DNA of 38,193 nt, from the NCBI GenBank assembly GCA_016193065.1, contig JACPSX010000090.1, forward strand, positions 1-38,193, in the 5' to 3' direction. Within the stretch, counting starts at the first letter, position 1. Each line of letters starts with the position of its first letter. The notes under the pieces are model-generated. The model saw only the letters and a list, made by a program, of their open reading frames with translations. It ran no database searches and was not told the DNA's origin. The stretch comes from Candidatus Tectimicrobiota bacterium. GTDB lineage: Bacteria; JACPSX01. Positions 24,692 to 33,772 of this stretch are shown here, piece by piece. A program made the translations under genes and the position numbers.

Positions 24692-25552
24692 CTAGGGCGT
24701 GAGCTGCAGCCTCAGCCATATCCGGGTGGCCAGGAAGAGTTTCCGGAGCACCGGAAAGTCCACGCGCCCGTCGAAGACATTGAAGTTTCTGCGGGCGATC
24801 TCTTCCAAGATTCTGCTGTACAGAGCCCGCATGGTTTCCGAGACCGCCAGGGTTTTCCTCTCCTCCCGGGGCAGGAAGGAGCGAGCGCGCTGGTAGTAGT
24901 CCTTGGCTCGATCGTACTCAAACGCCATGAGCTGCCGGAAGGAAGGCGTGTAGCGATGGGCTAGGAGATCTTCCTCGGAATAAGAAAACCGCTCCAGGTC
25001 TTCCAGGGGGAGATAGATGCGTCCTCTCAGAGAATCTTCTTTAAGGTCTCGGAGGATGTTTGTCAGTTGAAAACCGATCCCCAGATTCTCGGCGTACTGC
25101 CGGACCTTGGGGTCGCGGTAGCCGAAGACTTCAATGCACAGGAGGCCCACGATGGAGGCCACCCGATAGCAGTACTGGTAGAGATCGGAAAAAGTCGAGT
25201 AGCGGGTTCGGGTAAAGTCCATGGCGACCCCGGCCAGCAGCTCGTCAAAGTACGATTTCGGCAAATGAAAACGTTCCACCTGGGGGCTCAAGGCGCGGGT
25301 GATCGGGTGTGAGGGTCTCCCTTCGTAGGCGTGCTCTAATTCCCGTTGCCACTCCTGGAGCCTTCCCAGGCGCTCCTCCGGGGCGCCCTGGTCGTCGCTG
25401 ATCTCGTCGGAGTAGCGGCAAAAGGCGTAGAGGGCATAAATGGCCCGTCGCTTCTCTGCGGGCAGGAACAAAAAACTGTAATAGAAACTCTTGGAAGTTC
25501 TCTTGGTAAGCTCTTGGCAGTAGAGTTGGGCTTCGAGGAGGCTTTGGTCCAT
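24692..25552 (-). CDS. Phytoene/squalene synthase family, most like presqualene diphosphate synthase HpnD
   Basis: SFYYSFLFLP, YAFCR.SDEISD, YCYRVASIVG, LGIGFQLTNILRDLKED..RGRIYLP. Confidence 0.88.
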   Translation of the reverse strand: MDQSLLEAQLYCQELTKRTSKSFYYSFLFLPAEKRRAIYALYAFCRYSDEISDDQGAPEERLGRLQEWQRELEHAYEGRPSHPITRALSPQVERFHLPKSYFDELLAGVAMDFTRTRYSTFSDLYQYCYRVASIVGLLCIEVFGYRDPKVRQYAENLGIGFQLTNILRDLKEDSLRGRIYLPLEDLERFSYSEEDLLAHRYTPSFRQLMAFEYDRAKDYYQRARSFLPREERKTLAVSETMRALYSRILEEIARRNFNVFDGRVDFPVLRKLFLATRIWLRLQLTP

Positions 25553-25697
25553 TGGGCCTCTGCCTGGGCGGGTGCTTGTCCCGTTAAATGCCCGCTCCTT
25601 GTTATCCTGTAAGGCCCTAGCATAGGGCAGTTTGGGGGCAATTGCAAGAAGGCTCCGGCCCCGGTATGGACTTTTTTCATCTGCGAGGATCTCGCGC

Positions 25698-26555
25698 GTG
25701 CCCGTTTCTGCTCTTGGTCTCCTGGTCGTGGCGGCCTTTCTCCATGCCGGATGGAACACGCTGGTCAAGGAGAGTGGCGATAAGATCACGTTTGCCTGGC
25801 TGGCTCTTGTCGTCTCCAGCCTGGTGGGATTGCCCCTGCTGGCCTCCGGACCGATCCCTCCACGGACCTGGCCCTACGCCGTGCTGAGCGGAGTCGCGGA
25901 GGCCCTGTACTACCTGGCCCTGACCAGAGCTTACGAGCGGGGCGATCTTTCCTGGGTGTACCCGCTCGCCCGGGGCGCCGCGCCTCCCTTGCTGACCCTG
26001 TGGGGGGTCTTCTTCCTGGGAGAAACCCCGACGGGGTTGGGGCTCGCAGGGGTGGCGGTGGTCGCGGCCGGAATTTGGACCCTGGGAGGAGGGAACCTCC
26101 GGCGCGCGGGCCATGAAGGGATCCTGGAGAAGGAGGGCGCCGGCCTCTGGGCCATGCTTGCAGGCCTGATGATCTCCGTCTACTCCGCTGTGGACAAGGC
26201 GGCCCTCGCCGTGGCGCCCGTTCTGGTTTACCTGGAGCTCATCTTCGCGCTGACGGCCCTGTTCCTGTCCCCCGTGATCCTCTTCGGGCCCCGGCGGAAG
26301 GCTCTTCCTGCAGTGGTTGCTGGTTCGTGGCGCTCTATCCTCCTCGTGGGGGTCGCCAACCTGGTCACATATCTGCTCGTCCTGGCTGCTTTCCGCCTTG
26401 CTCCCGTGAGTTATGCGGGCTCTGTGCGGGAGTTGAGCGTCGTCATTGCAGCCATCCTGGGCTGGAAATGGCTTGGCGAACCGGGAGGGCAGCGCAGGGT
26501 GGCCTCAGCCCTCCTCATTTTTGCCGGGATCGCCTTGATTACTTGGAAAGGGTAA
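25698..26555 (+). CDS. EamA/DMT family transporter
   Basis: AAFLHAGWN, AYERGDLSWVYPLARG, YSAVDK, SVRELSVV; about 10 TM segments. Confidence 0.9.
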   Translation: MPVSALGLLVVAAFLHAGWNTLVKESGDKITFAWLALVVSSLVGLPLLASGPIPPRTWPYAVLSGVAEALYYLALTRAYERGDLSWVYPLARGAAPPLLTLWGVFFLGETPTGLGLAGVAVVAAGIWTLGGGNLRRAGHEGILEKEGAGLWAMLAGLMISVYSAVDKAALAVAPVLVYLELIFALTALFLSPVILFGPRRKALPAVVAGSWRSILLVGVANLVTYLLVLAAFRLAPVSYAGSVRELSVVIAAILGWKWLGEPGGQRRVASALLIFAGIALITWKG

Positions 26556-26622
26556 CGCTAAGCGGGATTGGTCTATGGGCGAGGGCCTCGGGAGTGCCCC
26601 CTTGGACTGAAAACTACCATTA

Positions 26623-26717
26623 AGGGCACCCCTGCGCCTGCCTGTGCCGACACCTGTCTGCGTGCGGACGCACAGGCAGGTGGCAGACAGGTCCGCACGC
26701 AGACAGGTGGGTGCCCT
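26623..26717. repeat. Triple-nested palindromic micro-elements inside a GGGCACCC/GGGTGCCC hairpin
   Basis: CCTGCG[CCTGCCTGTGCCGACA[CCTGTCTGCGTGCGGACGCACAGGCAGG]TGGCAGACAGG]TCCGCACGCAGACAGG. Confidence 0.8.
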
Positions 26718-26753
26718 CTTTCGTCGGCCCCGACTGGCCGAGCCGGAATCGCG

Positions 26754-26783
26754 TTGACAGGGTTCTGCCGCGGGGATTAGGAT
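26754..26783 (+). promoter_or_regulatory. Putative sigma70 promoter of the nitroreductase gene
   Basis: TTGACA-18 nt-TAGGAT. Confidence 0.5.
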
Positions 26784-26866
26784 AGGCGTCATCCTCCATG
26801 CGATGACGATTCCATCTGGAGTTTGCGTGGTTCCTCCGAGATCCTAGGAAACAGCAAGGAAAAACC

Positions 26867-27628
26867 ATGACACAGACAGCAAGGAAAGAAGAGGAGAGTC
26901 AGGGAGCGGAGGGCTTCTACGAGCCTCTGATCCGCTGCATCTGCGAGCGCCGCAGCATCCGCTCGTTTCATGAAACGCAGGTTCCGGACGAGATCATCAT
27001 GAAGATCCTGGAAGCCGGACGCTGGGCGCCGTCGGGAGGAAATTCACAGCCCTGGGAATTCATCGTTGTCAAGCGCCGTGACATTCTGGAAAAGATCTGT
27101 GAGATCTTTGTGAAGGACCGGGAGCAGCGCATCCGGGAGAAAGTCAACTTCCCCGGCAGTTCCAAGGCCTATATTGCCAAGGTTCCGGCTATGATCGTGG
27201 TGGTGGCCGATCCCCGCTGGAAGCAAGCGTATCCCAGCACCGACTTCACTCCGACCCTGCGCCGGATGTACGCCAGGAACCGGGAGTTTATCTTCGTGAA
27301 AAGCGTGGCGGCTGCCGTGCAGAACATGTTTCTGGCGGCGGCCTCCCTGGGGCTCGGGATGGCCTGGCTGACGGGCTTTGCCGAGGATCGCATGGGAAAA
27401 AAGCTGCGCCGGTTGCTCAAAGTCCCTGAACCGGTTCGTCTCATGGCCGGACTTCCCGCTGGCTACCCGAAAGTGACTTACCATACGAAGTTTCGCCGCC
27501 CCCTCCAGGATCTCATCCACTATGAGACCTATGACCCGACCCGTCTCAAGAGAGATGACTTCTTCCGGAACTACTGCGAAAACGAGCGCAACCGCATGAC
27601 ATACAGTGCCGGACGCATGGAAAAGTAG
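26867..27628 (+). CDS. Nitroreductase family protein
   Basis: RRSIRSF, AGRWAPSGGNSQPWEF, AVQNMFLAAASLGLG, P.GYP. Confidence 0.92.
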   Translation: MTQTARKEEESQGAEGFYEPLIRCICERRSIRSFHETQVPDEIIMKILEAGRWAPSGGNSQPWEFIVVKRRDILEKICEIFVKDREQRIREKVNFPGSSKAYIAKVPAMIVVVADPRWKQAYPSTDFTPTLRRMYARNREFIFVKSVAAAVQNMFLAAASLGLGMAWLTGFAEDRMGKKLRRLLKVPEPVRLMAGLPAGYPKVTYHTKFRRPLQDLIHYETYDPTRLKRDDFFRNYCENERNRMTYSAGRMEK

Positions 27629-27676
27629 GGTTTCGCCGGGAGTGCCGGAGAGTGGCTGCAATTGCTTCTTGCGGAA

Positions 27677-27714
27677 GGCTTTCCCTTGACGGAAAGCCCC
27701 GAATTGACTAAACT
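27677..27714 (+). promoter_or_regulatory. Putative sigma70 promoter with an inverted repeat around the -35
   Basis: TTGACG(27686)-17 nt-TAAACT(27709); GGCTTTCC/GGAAAGCC arms flank the -35. Confidence 0.55.
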
Positions 27715-27831
27715 TAGCCTACTCTTGCTGCTCTCAGACAGCTCGTTTTACGTGAAAAGCCGGATGCTGCTTCGCCCGCTCAGCAGGATCAAACTTCCGT
27801 TGGGTTGGGTGGAAGAGAGGGAGTTTTTTTC

Positions 27832-28632
27832 ATGCCGACACTGGAAACGGTGGGCCTCTCCAAAGTTTTCCGCAAGAGGGGCGGAGAACAAGTAGAAGCT
27901 CTCCGGGACATCAGTCTCAGGGTCGAGACGGGCGAGTTTGTCAGCATCGTGGGGGCCAGCGGCTGCGGGAAAACCACATTTTTGCGCATTATCGACGGTC
28001 TCCTCGAACCCAGTGCAGGAAAAGTCTTCTTGGACGGCCGGGAGGTGACGAAGCCGGGTCCGGATCGAGGATTTGTCTTTCAGTCTGATAGCCTCTTTCC
28101 CTGGCGGACGGCGGAAGACAACGTGGTCTTCGGCCTCGAGGTCCAGCGCAAGAATCGCAGCGTGGCCCGGCAGCTTGCCCATCGCTTCATCAAGATGGTG
28201 GGCCTGGAAGGATTCGCCGGGCATTATCCCTACGAGCTTTCCGGCGGGATGAGACAGCGGGTCAATATTGCCCGGGCCATGACGATCGATCCCGAGGTCC
28301 TTCTCATGGACGAGCCGTTTGCTGCCCTGGACGCCCAAACCCGGGAAATTATGCAGTACGAACTCCTGTCGATCTGGTCTCAGCAGCAAAAGACCGTGCT
28401 GTTCATCACCCATCAGATCAGCGAGGCGGTCTTCCTGTCCGACAGGGTCGTCGTCTTCACGGCCAGGCCGGGGCGCCTCAAAGAGGTGATCCCGATCAAG
28501 ATCCCCAGGCCGAGGACTCTGGACGTGAAACACACAAAGGAATTCGTGGACTACGAGTACCAGATCTGGAAGATGATCGAAGAGGAAGTCCGCCTCGGCA
28601 TGCGGCTCGAGCAGACCGTTGGGAAGCACTGA
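27832..28632 (+). CDS. NitT/TauT (SsuB-like) ABC transporter ATP-binding protein
   Basis: GASGCGKT, LSGGMRQR, LLMDEPFAALDAQTR, FITH. Confidence 0.93.
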   Translation: MPTLETVGLSKVFRKRGGEQVEALRDISLRVETGEFVSIVGASGCGKTTFLRIIDGLLEPSAGKVFLDGREVTKPGPDRGFVFQSDSLFPWRTAEDNVVFGLEVQRKNRSVARQLAHRFIKMVGLEGFAGHYPYELSGGMRQRVNIARAMTIDPEVLLMDEPFAALDAQTREIMQYELLSIWSQQQKTVLFITHQISEAVFLSDRVVVFTARPGRLKEVIPIKIPRPRTLDVKHTKEFVDYEYQIWKMIEEEVRLGMRLEQTVGKH

Positions 28633-28692
28633 GGAGGACGCCGCTCTTCCAGACACTTAGGTTGTCTCGATCTTTCGCTTTGAAGGGGGAAT

Positions 28693-29697
28693 ATGATGCA
28701 CAGAAAAAATCGGAGGAATTTTGCCGGACTCTCCGGGGTCGCTTTGAGCATCCTGGTTCTGGCCCTCTGGATGTCTCCGGCAGCCTGGGCTCAGGGCTTT
28801 AAGCTCAAAGTGAACTGGACAGCCACCAGTGGAGCCATGAGCCCTTTGTGGGTGGCCATGGAAAAGGGGCACTTTGCCAGGAACGGCCTCGACGTGGAAT
28901 TCACGCATATCACCAGCAGTTCCAAGGCAATCCAGACCATGATTGCCGGGGACATCGTGTTCACCACGATGGACCCCCAGACGGTCATTCAGGCCAACTC
29001 CCAGGGGACGGATGTGCGGATGGTGGTCGCGATCACAAATCGCTTTGCGTTCTCCCTGATGGTCCAGCCCGAGATCACCAAGCCTGAGGACCTCAAGGGA
29101 AAGAGCATCGGGATCACGCGCTACGGATCCTCGACGCACACGGCCACGCTCTATCTCCTGCGGGAATGGGGTCTGGAAAAGGATGTCAAGCTGCTCCAGT
29201 TCCAGGAAGTGCCCGCCATCCTGGCGGGACTGGTGGCCAAGCAGATTCAGGGAGGGACCGTATCCCCGCCCACGAACAGCCGGGCCCGCAAGCAGGGGTT
29301 CCGGGAACTGGTCAACCTGGGAGTGGACGGGCCGGAGTATCCGTCCGTGGCGGTGGGGACCCGCAAGTCCTTCATCGATGCCAACGGAGATGTGGTGCGG
29401 CGCTTCGTGCGCAGTTACTCCGAGGGCTTGCAGACATTCAAGAGCTCAGCGAGCGTCGGCATGGAGGTCATCAAGAAGTACACGAGAGTGGAGGATCCCT
29501 CCATCCTGGAAGACGCCTACAATCAGTTTGCCCGCTACATCTCGGATGTTCCGTACGTGAGCGTGAAGGGAATGGAGGCGATTATTGCCGAACTGGCTGA
29601 GAAGGATCCCAAGGTTCGGGGAGCGAAGCCCGAAGAATTCATGGACATGAGCTTTGTTCGTGAACTGGAGAATCAGGGATTCTATAAGAAGCGTTAG
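28693..29697 (+). CDS. NitT/TauT (SsuA/NMT1-like) ABC substrate-binding protein
   Basis: Signal peptide; PLWVA.EKG.F..NGLDVE, DLKGKSIGITRYGS. Confidence 0.9.
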   Translation: MMHRKNRRNFAGLSGVALSILVLALWMSPAAWAQGFKLKVNWTATSGAMSPLWVAMEKGHFARNGLDVEFTHITSSSKAIQTMIAGDIVFTTMDPQTVIQANSQGTDVRMVVAITNRFAFSLMVQPEITKPEDLKGKSIGITRYGSSTHTATLYLLREWGLEKDVKLLQFQEVPAILAGLVAKQIQGGTVSPPTNSRARKQGFRELVNLGVDGPEYPSVAVGTRKSFIDANGDVVRRFVRSYSEGLQTFKSSASVGMEVIKKYTRVEDPSILEDAYNQFARYISDVPYVSVKGMEAIIAELAEKDPKVRGAKPEEFMDMSFVRELENQGFYKKR

Positions 29698-29816
29698 TTC
29701 TTCTTGGGCCCGGTCTTTCGAGGTTGAGATCTCTGAGAAGTTTCTCCCGGGATCCCGGTGAGGAAGAACTCGGAGGCCTGTCCCGTTCCGGATGATAGGG
29801 TAGAAAGGAGAAAATC

Positions 29817-30845
29817 ATGATCTGGAGCCATAAATACTGGATGAAGGGTGTCGGTATCTTCCTGGCAGTTCCCGCTCTTATTTTGGGATTCCTGGGGGCA
29901 AAGGCCTGGGGTCAGGCAACCAAGGTGAACTTGGGGGTCGAGTTCATCAATGCGCGCGTGGCTCCCCTGTGGGTGGCTGAAAAGGAAGGATTTTTCAAGA
30001 AGCAGGGGCTCGATCTCAAAGCCCTGAAGATCAGCGGCGGAACCCAGGGAGCACAGGCCCTGGTGAGCGGCCAGATCGACGCTTCGTATTCCGCTCCGGC
30101 GGCGTTCATTCCCGCCATCGCGGCGGGAGCCCAGATGGTCGAGGTCATGTCGATCACGGCCACCATGCCTTACTACCTGGTGGGGGCTCCCGGAGTAAAG
30201 TCCCTGGCGGATCTGCGGGGAAAGCGGGTGGGATCCTCGGGCCTGGGGCTTTCTGCCTCCCGTCTGGCGATTCTCGTGGTCTTCGGGCGCCTGGGTATGG
30301 ATCTGGAAAGGGATAAGATCACCCTGGTCGCAGCGGGCGCCGAGCCCGAGAGAATTGCCGGGATCGCGTCCGGTGCCATTGCCGGCACGGTGGTGGCGCC
30401 GGAGTTTCGCAGCAAGGTCGAGCAACTGGGTGTGAGCGTCCTCGCGGATCTGCGCACGATGAATATTCCCTGGGAGAACGATGCCCTGGCGACCTCCCGG
30501 AAATTCATCCAGACGAATCGGGATACCGTCGAGCGGATTGTCAAGGCCCTGGTGGAAGGCAACGCCTACATTCTAAACCCGGCCCGTCGCTCCCAGGTGA
30601 TCGAAGTCCTCATGTCCCGCCTGGGGTTCAAGACCGCGCAAGAGGCGACGGGCGCCTACGATGATCTGATCAAATATTACATACAGAAGAAGCCCTACCC
30701 GAACCGGGAGGGGCTCCAGACCATAATCACCGAGGTCGGCAAGATCGTCCCCAAGGGTGCAAGCCTGAAATTTGAGGATGTGGCGGACTCCAGCATCGTC
30801 GAGAGGCTGGACAAGAGCGGCTACATCGACAGCCTGTACAAGTAG
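29817..30845 (+). CDS. NitT/TauT (SsuA/NMT1-like) ABC substrate-binding protein
   Basis: Signal peptide; PLWVAEKEGFFKKQGLD, DLRGKRVG; C-terminal LDKSGYIDSLY. Confidence 0.9.
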   Translation: MIWSHKYWMKGVGIFLAVPALILGFLGAKAWGQATKVNLGVEFINARVAPLWVAEKEGFFKKQGLDLKALKISGGTQGAQALVSGQIDASYSAPAAFIPAIAAGAQMVEVMSITATMPYYLVGAPGVKSLADLRGKRVGSSGLGLSASRLAILVVFGRLGMDLERDKITLVAAGAEPERIAGIASGAIAGTVVAPEFRSKVEQLGVSVLADLRTMNIPWENDALATSRKFIQTNRDTVERIVKALVEGNAYILNPARRSQVIEVLMSRLGFKTAQEATGAYDDLIKYYIQKKPYPNREGLQTIITEVGKIVPKGASLKFEDVADSSIVERLDKSGYIDSLYK

Positions 30846-30956
30846 GGGCGCAATTCATTGCGCCCGGGCCGTGATCGTGTTCCTGGCACAGGGCCGGGAG
30901 CCCCGCCCCTTGTAGGGGCGCAATTCATTGCGCCCTTAATTCATTGCGCCCGGGCC
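30842..30956 (+). repeat. GTAG-family REP cluster (BIME-like)
   Basis: GTAGGGGCGCAATTCATTGCGCCC at 30842 and 30912, a half copy at 30938, and an intervening GGGCCGGGAGCCCCGCCCCT; the first GTAG overlaps the upstream stop codon. Confidence 0.85.
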
Positions 30957-30978
30957 GGCGGCGGATCATGGAGATAGT

Positions 30979-33120
30979 GTGAGCGGATCCAGCGGTTCCT
31001 TCACAGTCGCAATTGACATCGGCGGCACCCTCACCGACTGCGTCGTCCTGGATGAAGCAGGGGGAGTCACGGCCACCAAAAGCTTCTCCACGCCGGATGA
31101 TCTCACCCGTGGTGTCCCGGATGATCTCACCCGTGGTGTCCTCGATGTGCTCCTCCTGGCCGCTCAGCAGCACGGTCGTTCGTTGCGGGAATTCCTGCAG
31201 GACACCCGATTTTTCATCCATGGGACCACGATTACGACCAATGCGCTCCTGGAAGGGAAGGGGGCGCGGGTCGGATTGCTGACGACCCGCGGGCATGAAG
31301 ATGTCATCCCCATCGGCCGGGTGAACCAGAAGGTGGCCGGCCTCTCGGAGCGCCAGGTGACGCGCGGCGCTTTTCTCGATAAGCCCGATCCCCCCATCAT
31401 CGATCCCCTTTTGATTCGCGGTGTCAGTGAGAGGATTGATTGCGACGGAGAGGTCGTCGTGCCCGTGAACTGGGAGGAAGTGGAAGAATCCCTCGACGAG
31501 CTCCTGCGCGCCGAGATCGAGGCCCTGGCCGTCTGCTTCCTCTGGTCCTTTATCAATCCGGATCATGAGCGGGCCGTCCGCGACTTCTTGCGCCGCCGCG
31601 CTCCCGGCCTCTACGTGACGCTCTCCTCCGAACTCGCTCCCGTGCTGGGAGAATACGAGCGCGCCGTGACCGCGGTGCTCAGCGCTTACCTGGGACCGTC
31701 CATCAGCAAATACCTGGGCGGGCTGGAGGGAGCCTTGCAGAAAGATGGTTTCACGGGGCCGGTTCTGCTCCTGCAGGCCGGCGGAGGGCTCACCACCCCC
31801 CGGGACGCCTGCGAGCGTCCTCTGGTCACCTTGGACTCGGGGCCCGTGGGCGGAATTCTGGGAGCCAAGTTCTTTGCGGACTACTACGGGGAGCGCAACG
31901 TGCTGTGCACGGACGTGGGGGGAACTTCTTTCGACGTGGGAGTCATCCGGGACGGGGAGGTTCTCCTGCAGCGGGCTCCCGTGGCCCGGCAGTATACTTA
32001 TCTTTCTCCCAAGGTGGCGATCCGGACCGTGGGGGCGGGGGGAGGAAGCATTGCCTGGGTGGATCTCCTGGGGATTTTGCGCGTGGGGCCGCAAAGCGCC
32101 GGGGCGGTTCCAGGCCCGGCCTGCTACGACCGGGGAGGGGAAAACGCGACGGTCACCGATGCCAGCCTCCTGCTGGGACACCTGAACCCCGACTATTTCC
32201 TGGGGGGCCGCAAGAAACTGAATTTGGAAAAGGCCCGGCAAGTCCTCCGTGCCCTGGGAGAAAAGCTGAACATGGACGAGGTGCAGGTGGCCCGGGGGAT
32301 CCTCACGATCCTCGACGCGCAAATGAGCGATTTGATCCGCCGGAGCACGATCGAGCAGGGAGTCGATCCCCGAGAATTTGTCCTTTTCGCCTACGGAGGG
32401 GCGGGCCCCCTCCATGCCGCCTCTTACGGCCGGGCACTGGGGGTAAAGGGGATTTATGTGCTGCGGCATGCGGCGGTCTTTTCCGCCTTCGGGATGCTGA
32501 CCGCCTCCCACGTCCACTTTGCCGAAACCTCGGTACCGGGGCCCTTGCCCTGGACCGAGAGAGAATTCTCGCGGGTCAAGGAAGCTTTGGGGAACTTGGA
32601 GGCGGATTTGCGCCGGCGCTTTGATCAGGAAGGGGTGGCGTGGAGCCAGGTGAAGCTCAAGGGGAGCGTCACCGTGCGCTACCGGATGCAGGTTCACGAG
32701 GTGGAAGTCCCCATGGAACTAAAGAACCTGACCTTCTCTCGCGGAGAAGACCTGGTATCTGACTTTGAAAGGCGCTACAGGGTCCTTTATGGAGAAGGGA
32801 CCGGCTACCGGGAAGCGGGGATCGAGATGGTGGGACTGCGCCTGATCGGCAGCCATGAGACCGTGAGGCCGAACCTGATTCCTGCGGAGGAGAGCGGGAA
32901 AGAGAGCAAGGAAGCTCCCCTGAAAGCACGCCGTCCGATGTACTTTGAAGCGGCAGGAGAATTTGTCGACGCCCCCGTGTTTGACGGCGAGAAGTTCGAG
33001 GTGGGCCACCAGGTGAGCGGACCCTGCGCGGTCGAGAGAGTATCGGATACCGTTCTCATCCCTCCCGGAGCCATTGGCGAGGTGGACCGTTTTCTCAATC
33101 TGAAGATCAGTTTTGCCTAA
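30979..33120 (+). CDS. Hydantoinase A/oxoprolinase family protein
   Basis: DIGGTLTD, HGTTITTNALLE, SGPVGG, DVGGTSFD, GAGGGSIA, GPQSAGAVPGPACY, YGGAGPLHA. Confidence 0.95.
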   Translation: MSGSSGSFTVAIDIGGTLTDCVVLDEAGGVTATKSFSTPDDLTRGVPDDLTRGVLDVLLLAAQQHGRSLREFLQDTRFFIHGTTITTNALLEGKGARVGLLTTRGHEDVIPIGRVNQKVAGLSERQVTRGAFLDKPDPPIIDPLLIRGVSERIDCDGEVVVPVNWEEVEESLDELLRAEIEALAVCFLWSFINPDHERAVRDFLRRRAPGLYVTLSSELAPVLGEYERAVTAVLSAYLGPSISKYLGGLEGALQKDGFTGPVLLLQAGGGLTTPRDACERPLVTLDSGPVGGILGAKFFADYYGERNVLCTDVGGTSFDVGVIRDGEVLLQRAPVARQYTYLSPKVAIRTVGAGGGSIAWVDLLGILRVGPQSAGAVPGPACYDRGGENATVTDASLLLGHLNPDYFLGGRKKLNLEKARQVLRALGEKLNMDEVQVARGILTILDAQMSDLIRRSTIEQGVDPREFVLFAYGGAGPLHAASYGRALGVKGIYVLRHAAVFSAFGMLTASHVHFAETSVPGPLPWTEREFSRVKEALGNLEADLRRRFDQEGVAWSQVKLKGSVTVRYRMQVHEVEVPMELKNLTFSRGEDLVSDFERRYRVLYGEGTGYREAGIEMVGLRLIGSHETVRPNLIPAEESGKESKEAPLKARRPMYFEAAGEFVDAPVFDGEKFEVGHQVSGPCAVERVSDTVLIPPGAIGEVDRFLNLKISFA
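31093..31140 (+). repeat. Perfect in-frame 24-bp tandem duplication (PDDLTRGV x2)
   Basis: CCGGATGATCTCACCCGTGGTGTC twice. Confidence 0.95.
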
Positions 33121-33161
33121 GGGAAAGCATTGCAGACCGGGAAAGATCCTCGGTGAAGCTC

Positions 33162-33183
33162 CCCTTCGGCAAGCTCAGGGCAG
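33162..33183 (-). repeat. Palindromic micro-element, same family as 12451-12498
   Basis: CCCTTCGGCAAGCTCAGGGCAG, between convergent genes. Confidence 0.7.
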
Positions 33184-33222
33184 CTTGCCGCACTGCGCAC
33201 AACGGGCCTCTGAGCCCGGCCG

Positions 33223-33681
33223 CTAGGTGGCGACCAAGCGCTTCATGAACATCGCGGTCCGTTCCACCTCGACCACGACGGTGCCGTCCTGCTTGCGGCC
33301 GATGTGTCGGAATCGCACCAGGCCGCGATCCGGATTGGATCGGCTCTCACGCTTCTCCAGCACCTCGGTCTCGACGCGGATCGTGTCGCCGTGAAAGACC
33401 GGATTGGGATGGGAGACCTTTTCATAGGACAAGTTGGCGACGATCGTGCCTTCCGTCAGCTCCGCAACCGTCATACCCACGACCAGGCTCATGGTGAAGA
33501 GTCCGTTGACAATGCGCTGACCGAACTGGGTTTTGGCGGCAAATTCTGCGTCTAGGTGCAGCGGCTGCGTGTTCATCGTGAGGGCGCAAAACAGCACGGT
33601 GTCCGTTTCCGTCACCGTGCGGCCGGTGGCGTGTTGAATCCGCTGTCCTACTTCGAGGTCCTCGTAGTATTTCCCGGGCAT
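33223..33681 (-). CDS. MaoC family dehydratase
   Basis: GKYYEDL.VG, GRTVTETD..LF..LTMN.QPLH.D, PVFHGDTI. Confidence 0.93.
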   Translation of the reverse strand: MPGKYYEDLEVGQRIQHATGRTVTETDTVLFCALTMNTQPLHLDAEFAAKTQFGQRIVNGLFTMSLVVGMTVAELTEGTIVANLSYEKVSHPNPVFHGDTIRVETEVLEKRESRSNPDRGLVRFRHIGRKQDGTVVVEVERTAMFMKRLVAT

Positions 33682-33772
33682 GGCGTTTCCTCCGTTGCCG
33701 CCGAGTTTACACCGAAGCCCCGACCAAATACAGCAATTTGGTTTCGGGTCGCCCGGAGAATGAGGGACGGGG

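Noticed and set aside
30842-30956. Mini CRISPR array
   Set aside because: Only about 2.5 palindromic units with GTAG heads, irregular spacing and no cas genes; fits REP elements.
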